Source: Eledone cirrhosa
Lineage: Eukaryota
NCBI GenBank assembly: GCA_964016885.1
Contig: OZ024742.1
Location: forward strand, 83,886,001 to 83,950,000
Direction: 5' to 3'
Length of the DNA: 64,000 nucleotides
Positions 48,836-64,000 of this stretch are shown here, one piece after another. Below the pieces are notes generated by a model. The model did no database searches and was not told where the DNA came from. It saw only the letters and a list, made by a program, of their open reading frames with translations. Made by a program: the position numbers and the translations under genes. How positions within the stretch are numbered: the stretch's first letter is position 1; every line of letters starts with the position of its first letter.

Positions 48836-49362
48836 TAGGGCCTCTAGCCCCACTTTACACACCCCACACACACGCACGCACACACCCCCACTTATTCTCT
48901 CTCACACATACACACACAAAACCAGTTCTAACACCAGATAACACCTACCCCCCACTTTTACGATTAGACCTATCTTCCCACACTCACACACACACACATA
49001 CCTACACCTTCATGCTTTCTCCCACACACATATACAGGCACGCATATAAAATTTACATAACACAACAAAAACATAAACAAACCCCTCTTAAAGGGAGACT
49101 ACTCTTTACCCACCTAATTTTAATTCTTTGATATTAAAGTTAGAACTCTATACTATTTCCGGTCAGCATGGCTTCATTGGAAATTTAGACGCTGGTCTGA
49201 GACTTTTACTTCCCTCCGAAGAAGAGATATTATCTCGAAAATTAAGGACATTTAAATAAATTCAAGGTGAAAGACTAATTCTCACCAATATCTCTCACTA
49301 TTGCATTCTTTTTCTATGTCCATATCTGCATTGTCTTGGCCTTATTACACATATTCTAACGT
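48836..49362 (+). mobile_element. 3' UTR/terminal repeat of the Penelope-type element, with degenerate hammerhead (~49211-49248)
   Basis: CA-rich UTR; CCGAAGA-A-GAGATATTATCTC-GAAA-ATTA|AGG (U4 to C variant); ends in (TA)n. Confidence 0.6.
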
Positions 49363-49437
49363 TTATATATATATATATATATATATACATACATATATAT
49401 ATATATATATATACATACATACATACATACATATATA

Positions 49438-50048
49438 TGGTGGCTGCCAACTCGTTTTCGAGTACGGCCACTACTTTATATCCATGTAGTAGAACCCCTA
49501 CCGATGCGCTGAACGAGTGTGACTTTTTAGTGCAGCCAGCGACTTGAAAACTCTGGTACAAACACTACAATTGTGACAATCATTGACACATAGTGCTGGG
49601 CCTATGGTACCATGTGACAACAAGTGCAGAGAGATCTCCAGATATAAAGCAATGCCTGTGCCGTGAAGCTTTTATAGTGAGCAAAGGCACTGCACAAAGC
49701 CAGTCCCACTCTCTTAACCAAGATGATATTTACCAAAAAGAACAACAAGTCAACATCATTGGATACCATCAGGGTTGCAGGTGTTATATCAGAATTTTCC
49801 TTCTCCTAGAATTCTGCCTTGACAAACGCTAAGGGGTAATCTCTCCCAGTGATTTTGGATGGCCATTGACTCTTAAGAGCTCCTTTGCCCTTTGACAGGT
49901 TTTGTTTTTAGTCCTGCAGGTTGTCCAAAGTCACCCTCCTCACCAAGAAACCTTGGTGGGGTTGCCAGTTTAGTCGCCAACGACCCGACCATGAGAGAGG
50001 TTGTACTGGGATACATGTTACCAGTAGCACCAACTGGTGACCTGACAT
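49438..50048 (-). mobile_element. ~610-bp non-coding retroelement, full-length copy
   Basis: Same termini as 33177-33787. Confidence 0.85.
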
Positions 50049-50070
50049 ACATATATATATATATATATAT

Positions 50071-51645
<1,575 letters not shown>

Positions 51646-51668
51646 TATATATATATATATATATATAT

Positions 51669-52200
51669 GAGAATAAACGTGATGCGTGGTTGCAAATGGG
51701 TTATATATGAATAAAGTGGTCCTTCATCAGTGATCTTCCAACCATCATCGGTATTTCTTCACTTTAAAGACCATATACCTCTGGTTGGTGCGAGCAATGG
51801 CTAAAGAAAGTCGTTGGGACACGTAAATAAAGGGAACAGCGAGAGTGTAAACAAACAAAGATGGTGAAGCAACGAAAAGTGAGGAAGAACGAGTCAAGTC
51901 CCAAATTTCCATGAATATAAGTTCGGTGAAATCGTGAACGAGAGAGAATAAAGACCATCAAACCTGGTTGAAATGTGAGCAAGGAAAGAATTCCGCACAG
52001 GTCTAACAGAATGGAGTCTAGTCCGTGAATTCGGTGAACATAAGTTCTGTGAAATCGTAGACGAGAGAGAGAAAAAAGGCGAACCAGCCTGACCAAGCGT
52101 GCGAAAGAAAAGAATTACACACAGGTCAAATGGGAAGAAGGAGGAGGAGGAGAGGTAGTAACAGAGAGTGAGTGAGTGAAGCGTGAGGAAGAGGCTAACT
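51669..52200. repeat. Unclassified non-coding insert with ~122-bp diverged tandem duplication (~51886-52128)
   Basis: GAGTC-AGTCC...ATAAGTTC-GTGAAATCGT...GAAAGAATT..CACAGGTC occurs twice; flanked by (TA)n. Confidence 0.55.
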
Positions 52201-52401
52201 GTATGTATGTCTATATATGTGTGTATGTATATATATATATGTATGTATATATATATATATATATTAGAAAGTTAGGGTTTTTTTACAAAATGAAAAATAA
52301 CCGAGATGTCCTATACGAGTGAAAGTATAAAGAAAAAAAGATCAAATCGAAAATGCAACTGGAGTCTTATTTAAAAAAAATATATATATATTTATTTGGT
52401 T

Positions 52402-52439
52402 CCTTTACCGGTTTCGCAGTTCTTCTGCTTTTCAAAAGG
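52402..52439 (-). ncRNA. Minimal type I hammerhead ribozyme, U3-A8 core variant
   Basis: CCTT-TTGAAAA-GCAG-AAGAA-CTGC-GAAA-CCGG-TA|AAGG. Confidence 0.78.
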
Positions 52440-52822
52440 TGAGTTGAGATGGAGGGTCTGTGGTTTTTCTCACATCTGGTTGGTCTCTGAATGTTACTTG
52501 TTTTATATGGAAAAAGTGGCTTGAAATGCCAGGTTTTTCGAGAAGTAATTTGATTGGTTTGTCAATAATTATAATAAATTTTGCGCTACAATAGTTCTTC
52601 AAATAAGAGGGGGGGGGGGGGGGGGTTGCCACACGTTTTTTTTTCATATATGAGTGTTTGAATTTCTTTTTACTTGAAAAAAGGGGCTCACGAAGGCTTT
52701 TTTTTGGTTGGTTATAAATGAAATTATGGCTGTCATGTGAACAAGTTTTCATAAATTTTCGTACCCTTATTTGGAAATCCATTCTGTAGCCTTTTTAGAG
52801 AATTTTATAAGTGAAAGATAAT

Positions 52823-52923
52823 TGTTTCTACTTTAGGCACAAGGCCAGCAATTACCCAGTGCATTACTGGTACTTTATTTTATCGACCCCGTAAGGATGA
52901 AAGGCAAAGTCAACCTCGGCGGG
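52823..52923 (-). mobile_element. Short SINE fragment with 21-bp target-site duplication
   Basis: TSD ATTTTATAAGTGAAAGATAAT at 52802-52822 and 52924-52944; absent from the sister tandem unit; resembles octopus SINEs (from memory). Confidence 0.85.
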
Positions 52924-53839
52924 ATTTTATAAGTGAAAGATAATGGTCAAGAGAAAGGGATGGGAGAATTGTTCTGGTTCAGTGAATATGGTTAGTTCGC
53001 TGGGGTGTCAGAATTCAGATTTTCTATTGAATAAAGAAAGTAAAGATATGTATGTTTATCTGTGTGCTTGTGTGTGTGTGTGTTGTGTGTGTTTGAATTT
53101 CTTTACTTAAAAAAAAGGTGGTTCACGAAGGCTTTTTTTTAATAAACGTGATTTGATTGGTTATAAATGAAATTTGGCTGTCACGTGAACAAGTTTTCAT
53201 TACATTTTCGCACTCTTATTTGGAAATCTATTCTGTAGCCTTTATAGAGAATGTTATGACAAGGGAAAGATAGTGGTCAAGAGAAATGGGATTGGGAGAA
53301 TTGTTCTGGTTCAGTGAATATGGTTAGTTCGCTGGGGTGTCAGAGTTCAGATTTTCTATTGATGTAAAGATATGTATGTTTATTTGTGTGCTTGTGTGTG
53401 TGTGCGTATGTGTGTATTGGAAGATGATTCTATTAGTAGAAATGGGGGAGGGAGTTGTGTGTGTGTGTATATGGGTGTTATGTGTGTGTGTGCGAGTATG
53501 TTAAGATGGAGAGAATATATATTTTGTGTGTGTGTATATATGTGTGAAGGAAAGTGGTTCTATTAGTAGAAATGGGGGAGGGAGTTGTGGGTTTGGGGCT
53601 TGTTATGTGTGTGTATGGGTGTTATGTGTGTGGGAGTATGGTTAGCATGTTAAGATGAAGAGAATATATATATATATATTGTGTGTGTGTGTGTGTGTGT
53701 GTAGTAAAATGATTCCCTTAGTAGGAATATTTTTGAATGAACATATTTTCCTTACTTATTCGTATTTGTTCTGTTGTATTGTCAGTGCAAACGTATGTTA
53801 AGGTTTATTTAGTTCGGGTTTTTATTTTCTAAAGTAGAA

Positions 53840-54890
<1,051 letters not shown>

Positions 54891-55019
54891 TACATATATA
54901 TATATATGTATATATATATATGTACATGTACATATATATATATATATATATATGTACATATATATATATACATATATATACACGTATGTACATATGTATA
55001 CATCTACATATATATATAC

Positions 55020-55050
<31 letters not shown>

Positions 55051-55087
55051 CATATATAATATATATGTATATATATATATGTATATA

Positions 55088-55131
<44 letters not shown>

Positions 55132-55212
55132 TATATATATATATGTATATATATATATTTATATGTACATATATATATATGTACATATATATATATATGT
55201 AGATATATATAT

Positions 55213-55554
55213 ATCATCATCATCATCATCATATTTTACGTCCGCTTTTCCCTGCTTGCAAGGGTGGGACGGGAACTGATTCTGGCTTGAATTCTACAGC
55301 TGGATGCCCTTCCTAACACCAACCTCATTTACAGTGAGTGCTGGGTGCTTTTTTGCCGTGGCACCTCCACGACCACTTTGCAGTGGAATGATATGGACCT
55401 CAGTCCCTTTCATCTCATTTCTACAGCTGAGTAAACTGGAGCAATGTGAAATAAAGTGTCTTGCTCAAGGAAACAACACATCACCCGGTCTGAGAATTGA
55501 ACTCACAACCTTTCGATTGCAAGGCCAATGCTCTAACCACTAAGCCATGTGCCT

Positions 55555-55557
<3 letters not shown>
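55213..55557 (-). mobile_element. Full-length tRNA/CORE-type SINE with RTE tail
   Basis: Near-identical to 45203-45557. Confidence 0.9.
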
Positions 55558-55619
<62 letters not shown>

Positions 55620-55681
55620 GTACATATATATATATAATGTACATATATATATATATATATATGTACATATATATATATATA

Positions 55682-55727
<46 letters not shown>

Positions 55728-55962
55728 TATATATATATATATATGTACATATATATATATGTACATATATATATATGTACATATTATATATATATATGTA
55801 TATATATATATGTATATATATATATATGTACATATATATATATATATATATGTACATATATATATATATGTACATATATATATATATATGTACATATATA
55901 TATGTAAATATATATATATATATGTACATATATATATATATATGTACATATATATATATATA

Positions 55963-55998
<36 letters not shown>

Positions 55999-57035
55999 TA
56001 TATATATATATGTTACATATATATATATATATATATGTACATATATATATATATGTACATATATATATATATATGTACATATATATATATATGTACATAT
56101 ATATATATATGTACATATATATATATATATGTAGATATATATATATATGTACATATATATATATATATGTACATATATATATATGTACATATATATATAT
56201 ATATATGTACATATATATATATATATATGTACATATATATATATATGTACATATATATATTTATATGTACATATATATATATATATATGTACGTATATAT
56301 ATATATATGTACGTATATATATATATATATGTACATATATATATATATGTACATATATATATATATATATGTACATATATATATATATATATGTACATAT
56401 ATATATATATGTACATATATATATATAATGTACATATATATATATATATATATGTACATATATATATTATACATATGTACATATATATATATACATATGT
56501 ACATATATATATTTATATGTACATATATAGATATATATGTGCATATATAGATATATATGTACATATATAGATATATATGTACATATATAGATATATATGT
56601 ACATATATAGATATATATGTACATAATATAGATATATATGTACATATATAGATATATATGTACATATATAGATATATATGTACATATATAGATATATATG
56701 TACATATATAGATATATATGTACATATATAGATATATATGTACATATATAGATATATATGTACATATATAGATATATATGTACATATATAGATATATATG
56801 TACATATATAGATATATATGTACATATATATATATATGTACATATATATATATATGTACATATATAGATATATATGTACATATATAGATATATATGTACA
56901 TATATAGATATATATGTACATATATAGATATATATGTACATATATAGATATATATGTACATATATAGATATATATGTACATATATAGATATATATGTACA
57001 TATATAGATATATAGATATATATATATATATATAT

Positions 57036-57090
<55 letters not shown>

Positions 57091-57119
57091 TATAGATATA
57101 TATGTACATATATAGATAT

Positions 57120-57166
<47 letters not shown>

Positions 57167-57251
57167 TATATATATATATATGCATACATATATATATATG
57201 CATACATATATATATATGCATACATATATATATGTGCATACATATATATAT

Positions 57252-57294
<43 letters not shown>

Positions 57295-57310
57295 CATATA
57301 TATATATATA
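55558..57310. repeat. (TA)n/TGTACA array including a 20-bp minisatellite (~56521-57010)
   Basis: Unit ACATATATAGATATATATGT repeated about 24 times. Confidence 0.97.
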
Positions 57311-57525
57311 CAAGGCAGGCTGTATGATGCCTGCATACGAACAGCAATGTTGCATGGCAGTGAGACCTGGGCATTGTGCGCAGAGGATATACGCAGACTA
57401 GAAAGGAACAAAGCTTGCATGCTCCGCTGGATGTGTAATAGTAATATACGTGAACGGCAAAGCATAAACGAACTAAGGGAGAAATTAGGATAAGAGAGAT
57501 CAGATGTTGTTTACGCGAGAGAAGA
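57311..57525 (+). mobile_element. Internal RTE-A fragment
   Basis: [19 protein letters not shown]...; diverged from ~58690-58900. Confidence 0.88.
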
Positions 57526-58098
57526 AGTATAAATAAATAAATAAATAAATAAATACATACACAAGCACAATAACAACAAACACATATAAACACACACTAG
57601 TAAAGATAGAATACATTAACCAATACACAGTCACTCAATCACGAACCCACATCAAACAAAACACTATACACACACGCAAACGCATGCGCAAAGAAGTCAA
57701 AATAAAATAAACTAATAAATAAATATATAAACAGACTAAATAAAGATGGCGTAGAAAATAAAATGCAACGGGGAGGAAACAATAGCACCACTGACGATGT
57801 TGCAGATGTGCAACGAAAGAACTTTGATAAACTTTGATATATATGCGTTTATGTCTATATTGTATCTGTATTATTTTTGACCGTTGGTCAGTCAATGGCA
57901 ACATTGAGGACCGAATAAATTAGATTACCGATATAAAAGACACAGAAGCGAAAAGCGAAAAGCAACCAAACAGTGAGTGTGTTCTGTTATTAATTCTGGC
58001 AATATTACACAAATATGACCCTCCCCAAGTATAACAATATTTGTTTCGACACACGATTTCATATCAAAAACCTCGCAAAACTAATTCATCGCCGTTAT
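57526..58098 (+). mobile_element. PLE 3' UTR/terminal repeat, relative of the 50282-51645 family
   Basis: A/C-rich UTR, HHR, and terminus homologous to 50282-50365. Confidence 0.75.
57787..57828 (+). ncRNA. Minimal type I hammerhead ribozyme (weak stem I)
   Basis: CTGACGA-T-GTTGCA-GATG-TGCAAC-GAAA-GAAC-TT|TG. Confidence 0.65.
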
Positions 58099-58124
58099 AT
58101 ATATAAATATATATACATACATAT

Positions 58125-58226
<102 letters not shown>

Positions 58227-58237
58227 TATATACATAC

Positions 58238-58270
<33 letters not shown>

Positions 58271-58351
58271 CATACATATATATATATACATACATATATA
58301 TATATATATACATACATATATATATATATATACATACATATATATATATAT

Positions 58352-58426
<75 letters not shown>

Positions 58427-58464
58427 CATATATATATATATATATACACACATATATATATATA

Positions 58465-59499
58465 TGCTCCGGTGCAATAAGTAGCAGCAAGTGCCCACAA
58501 AATACTAGCTCTTTCAATTGCGCAGAGGGTTCTATAGAAATAGTGGACAGTTTCCGTTACCTGGGTGATAAAATCAGCAGTGGGGGAGGGTGCTCTGAAA
58601 GTACAATAGCTAGAGTCAGAACTGGTTGGAAAAAGTTCAGAGAGCTTATACTACTATTAGCTGCTAAAGGGTTCTCCCTAAAAATGAAATGCAGGTTGTA
58701 CGATGCTTGCATACGAACAGCAATGTTGCATGGCAGTGAGACCTGGGCATTGTGTGCAGAGGATATACGCAGACTAGAGAGGAACGAAGCTTGCATGCTC
58801 CGCTGGATGTGTAACAGTAATATACGTGAACGGCAAAGCATAAACGAACTAAGGAAAAAATTAGAAATAAGAGGGATCAGATGTTGTTTACTCGAGAGAA
58901 GGCTACGTTGGTATGGACACGTGATGCGCATGAAAGTCGATAGCTGTATAACAAAGTGCAGGGCAATAAAGATAGACGGTAGCCACGGAATAGGCAGACC
59001 TAGAAAAACCTGGGACGAGCTGATAAACTCCGACCTCACACACTTACACCTCTCCAAGACAATGTCACTGGACCGAGACCTTTGGCGGTACTCAGTAACA
59101 GAGAAGACCTGCCTTACCTAAATACATAGTAAAACCTACTACCGCCAGTAGGCATCTCTAACAAAATAACCCCCCACCCACACCCCATCCACACCACCCC
59201 GTTCTATGTAAAGTTATGTTGGTGCCACACCATCCAGGCCGAAACAAATGAGATCGTGTAGGTGTCACAACAAAAAAACACACAGTCCACGCTGTAATGT
59301 GGCCGTGTAGGCAACACGGTAAAAACCTCCCAGACCCACACTGCAAATGTGGTTGGTGTTAGGAAGGGCATCCAACTGTAGAAAACCTGCCAGACAGTCC
59401 CATGCGAGCAAGACAATCACTGTTGCCTCAAGTGGGAATACCCCCGTCCAAACCCATGCAAGCGTGGAACACGGACGTTAAACGTTGATGATGATGATG

Positions 59500-59501
<2 letters not shown>
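58465..59501 (+). mobile_element. 5'-truncated RTE-A LINE
   Basis: Open to stop 59121; full 3' UTR and (TGA)n tail. Confidence 0.94.
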
Positions 59502-59530
<29 letters not shown>

Positions 59531-59533
59531 GAT

Positions 59534-59598
<65 letters not shown>

Positions 59599-59681
59599 TA
59601 TATACATACATATATATATATATATATATACATACATATATATATACATACATATATATATATATACATACATATATATAT

Positions 59682-59720
<39 letters not shown>

Positions 59721-59723
59721 TAT

Positions 59724-59782
<59 letters not shown>

Positions 59783-59909
59783 CATACATATATATATATA
59801 TATACATACATATATATATATACATACATATATATATATATATATACATACATATATATATATACATACATATATATATATATATATACATAAATATATA
59901 TATATATAT

Positions 59910-59969
<60 letters not shown>

Positions 59970-60006
59970 GATATTAAATAAATGGAAACTATATTTATAA
60001 AACCAT

Positions 60007-60080
60007 ATTTATTTCATTATATATATTTCAGGGATATCATATTAAAAATATGTTATGCCTTCTTCAGACAAAATACAATA
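60007..60080 (-). ncRNA. Minimal type I hammerhead ribozyme
   Basis: Same motif as 25353-25427 (CTGAAGA at 60067-60061, GAAA at 60029-60026). Confidence 0.6.
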
Positions 60081-60239
60081 TAAACAGTCTTATAAATAGA
60101 TAGATTCGACATACCTTTCAACTTCGACTTCTATTTGAAAAGTTGATTTGGTAGTGAAAAAATATTAGGGACAGTTATAAAAAGAAAGAAAGAAAAGCAA
60201 GAAAGAAAAACGAAGAAAAAGAAGAAATGCATGCAACTA

Positions 60240-60341
60240 AATAGAGAGAGATAGATATAGAGAGATAGATAGAGAGAAGAAATTCATGTAAAGAAACAGA
60301 GAGAGATATAAAGAGAGGAAAAAACACAGAGGGAGATAGAT

Positions 60342-60422
<81 letters not shown>

Positions 60423-60460
60423 TATAGAGATATAGATATAGATAGAGATAGAGAGAAAGA
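60240..60460. repeat. (AG)n microsatellite
   Basis: Direct reading. Confidence 0.95.
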
Positions 60461-63400
60461 AAATAGGTAGTTGGGCACCACTTGAATGACGTATCAATGA
60501 TATATTTATTTATTTATTTATTTATTTAGCTCTAGTATCAATGTAGAGAGAGATATATGTGGTTAAGAGAGAAAACAGCCGTTACATAGAGAGAAAAGAA
60601 AAATATCCAGACAAAAACGAGGCAGATTTAAAACACTATGTTTCATCAATGTAAAAAATATCAATTCGTATAAAACAGGCATTATAATGTAAATATCAGT
60701 ATTCATGAATGAGACACGTATCAATAATGTGTGAAAAATAATGATCATATGTCTAGTTTAAAATTCCTAGGTTTATATTAGAGTTGAGATAAAATAGAAG
60801 GTTATCTCAGATTTTATACTATATACATCCATGTGAATTTACGTGATCAGCTCTGCAAATTCCTATTTCACACGAAAACATTCTCATTGTGCTATAAAAA
60901 TTCTAGTATACATATATGTGTACATACACACAAATATATATAGAGTCTACATTAATTTTAACAATACTATTCATGTCTTTACTCTACATGATTATCGTTC
61001 AAGCACAAATAGAGAACAGATATCAATATATCAATAAAAATATCAGAAACAAAAAGTAAATAAAAAACAAAAAAATCAAAAAAATAATTAAAGATAAAAA
61101 TATTAAAAATATTAAAAATATTAAAATAAAAATAAAACATAGTATGCCCCGCAAATCAACCACAGAGATCAACCCTTCAAAGTTAATTGACAATATATTG
61201 CCAAGTTCGTTATAAGCATCAGAATCAAAAGCAAACAAAACCAAAAATTATTTACCAAATCCTGTCTAGCAGAAAACATTCCAAAAGTTTAGGATACCCA
61301 TTTGATCTACAGATGGTCTTATATTTAATATAGAAGTTTATCTAGTGTAAAATTTATTCGATATATTTGGAGCATCAGCTTTTAGGGTAGTTTAATTATT
61401 CATGAAGAATGTTTAAAATAAAAAGGAATCGAAAGATTTATCGGCAAGTTTCATAAATAATTATAAATCAAATTAAATATACTACATTTTAAATTTATAT
61501 TTATATTTAAAAGTTGAGTTCAATCTATGTCTGCAGCAACTGAATAAATTTGTCCGTAAATTAAGGGAATTTTTAGATTTTAGTATAAAGAATATCTCCT
61601 CCGCGCAGAGGTCACATGTCTCAGAGGATGAATTAAAAGGAATCCCTCTTCAGACTATATTCCAAGCCGTTGAATATCCAACGTTATCATGCCTAAGTTG
61701 CCAGAGTAGGCCTGATAGTGATGTTGAGGATTTTTTGCTTGGATCTGTGAAAGAATTCTTGTGGTTATTATAGCGAAGTTTAAATTCTGTCGAGGTGGAA
61801 CCAACATAGTTAAAAGAATTTAAGTCCGTTTTAACATTACAGTTGTATATTATATTTTTAACTAAGCAATTGTTATTTAACGGACATTTAGATCTATCTC
61901 TACAGTTACATTTGTTAACTTGGATATTATTTATGCTATTATCGGTATTTTGGCTAGGTTTTAAATTCCTATTATTTATTCTATTAATATTTTGTGCTAA
62001 ATTTTTGGTGGATGAGTAGGTTAATTTTATAGTATGTCTATTGAAAATTGAGTGATACCTATGTGTTCTAGGGAAGCGATTATCAAGAGCATTAAAAAAT
62101 AGTTTAGCGATGTGGGTTTTAATGTTTAGTGAGAAAGGGGGGGCAAACCATATTATATTCCTAGTTCTATTTCTTTTTTGGCTTTTGGAATTATTGTAAT
62201 GCTTTCTATTATAGTTGTTAAAGTTGTTGCCGTAATTAAAATTGTTGTTATTTTGGTTAGTTTGTCTATTATTATCTATGTACATAATTTTATCACTATA
62301 TCCTGCTCTAGCTAACGCTTCATTGTAATACTGGGCTTTTTCGTCGAAAATCTTTTTATTAGATGAGATTCTAGAGATACGATTTTGAACAGAGTTTACT
62401 TATAGTATTTTTAACAGATCTGGGGTGGTTAGAGTTAAAGCTGACATAGTTTAAGTTTTCATTCAACTTGTGAAATGGATAGTGAAGACATGTGTTGAGA
62501 TTTAATGTTACATCTAGGAAATTGACTATTCTATGGTTATTCTCAATTTCTATTTTTAGATTAAAGTAATTAAAAAATTGTGTAATTTGTTTTCTTTTTC
62601 TATTTAGTTCAGAGTTATTATTTTCAATAAGTAAAAGCATGTCATCTCTATATAAACCTCCGGTAGCACCGGGTATTTTCCTATGCAGCGAATTGATTAA
62701 AAATAGGCCCACAAGGTCAGTTACCTGAGCTGAGTCGGATGATCCCATAGTAATGTCGAAATTGTTATCTCTATCTGCTCTGGTCCATAGTTGGTCATTA
62801 AATTCTGTCAATGTTTTCCTAGCCGATAATATAATGTGCATTTCATTGCTAGTTAGGTCTGTATGTTTGAATGCGTAATTTAGTGCCTTATTTAGTAGAT
62901 TAGGGGTAATAGATGAATAATAGTTAGCGATATCTAGTTGAATAAACTTATTATTATTGTTATATTTAATTTCTTTAAACCACTCAACAACCTCTCCAGT
63001 TCCCTTCCACAAGCTCAAGTTAGGTACACAATTCAAGTTTTTAATTTGCTGTATCACCCTGTCTAGAATGTTTTTGCTTAGTTTACCCAGGTCTGATTTT
63101 GATGGTGCAATCAATCTGACTGGCAGGTCATTTTCAAAATTACTTTTGTGATCTTTCATATTGATCTTCGGTTTCCTGGGCACGAAAGGTTGTGTTCTGT
63201 TCTCAATTTCCAACTCATGCATTATACAAGATGCCTCAACATTCATTTTCTCAAGCTCGGCCTTATCTGCTACCTTGTACTTTTTCCTCAGTTCTTTCAG
63301 TATTAGGCCATTATACATGTCTTTTTGCACTCCATAGAGGTTGTTGGTCTTGTCAGATTTCACCAAGATCTTCTCAGTTTTCTCTAAGCTCTCAATATTA

Positions 63401-63504
63401 TCCTTAATGCCTTTCAGATATTCCTGGCCTTTGAAGTTTCTCTTGAATTTGACTCCTTGTATGATAGAAATTATATCGTTTTCAAAGTCAAATAAATATA
63501 GACA

Positions 63505-63560
<56 letters not shown>

Positions 63561-63561
<1 letters not shown>

Positions 63562-64000
63562 GGAAAAATTAGAAATAAGAGGGATCAGATGTTGTTTACT
63601 CGAGAGAAGGCTACGTTGGCATGGTCATGTGATGTGCATGAAAGACGACAGCTGTATAAAAAAGTGCAGGGCGATAAAAATAGATGGTAGCCACGGTGTA
63701 GGCAGACCCAGAAAAACCTAGGACGACTTGATAAATTCCGACCTCACACACTTACACCTCTCTAAGACAATGTCACTGAATCGAGATCTTTGGCGCTACA
63801 CAGTTATAAAGAAGACCCGCCTTGCCTAAGTACAAAGCGAAACCTACAGTCAGTAGGCACCTATAACAAAATACACCCCCGTCCCACTACCCCCACCCCC
63901 ATCCACACCACCCCCTTAAATGTGAAGTTATGTTGGTACCACAACATCCAGTCCAAAACAAATGAGGTCGTATAGGTGTCACAACAAAAAAACACACAGT
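63561..64000 (+). mobile_element. RTE-A 3' fragment (runs off window)
   Basis: [19 protein letters not shown]...GRPRKT followed by a premature stop and 3' UTR. Confidence 0.92.

Larger units (their letters stand above)
59968..63505 (-). mobile_element. Degenerate PLE (YRDD-type RT + GIY-YIG), long 3' UTR with (AG)n tract and terminal HHR
   Basis: ORF 62371-63366 (SDKTNNLY, KDHK, RLIAPSKSDLG, QLDIANYY, FDITMGSSDSA, GLYRDD, NFLDVTLNL, SNHP); ORF 61650-62285 (IIWFAPPFS, CNCR..CPL...C, IIY...YVG...RYNNH) continuing to CDLC..E and CRH; frameshifts and a stop are present. Confidence 0.92.

Noticed and set aside
56521-57010. CRISPR-like array
   Set aside because: Head-to-tail repeat with no unique spacers, in a eukaryotic context.
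61650-61652. In-frame TGA in a PLE GIY-YIG region as possible selenocysteine
   Set aside because: It is not in a Cys-motif position, the copy has frameshifts, CGA to TGA decay explains it, and no SECIS was recognised.

Overview
Eukaryotic (animal) heterochromatin-like window with no host genes. It is a patchwork of long (TA)n-derived microsatellite arrays hosting nested retroelements. These are: three RTE-clade LINE families (APE + RT with an internal PHD finger, (TGA)n tails); a young CR1-group LINE in three copies, one full length; tRNA/CORE-type SINEs; a ~610-bp non-coding element; and at least eight distinct Penelope-like element (PLE) or PLE-type non-coding families. SINE sequences resemble, from memory only, octopus SINEs, so a cephalopod source is likely but unverified. 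The most notable hidden layer is a set of different type I hammerhead ribozymes (HHRs) in the PLE terminal repeats. Two unrelated families carry a compensatory U3-A8 core (TTGANAA instead of CTGANGA), two have greatly expanded stem II, and one sits in a 591-bp non-coding unit that could be a retrozyme/circRNA monomer. Fold-back palindromes recur at the ribozymes, and one ~1-kb nested palindrome has flip/flop loops. The CR1 LINE has an HIV-like U UUU UUA slippery site in its ORF1/ORF2 overlap. All (YI)n ORFs in the ORF track are microsatellite artefacts. All structures were read by eye and not computed; element boundaries are approximate.
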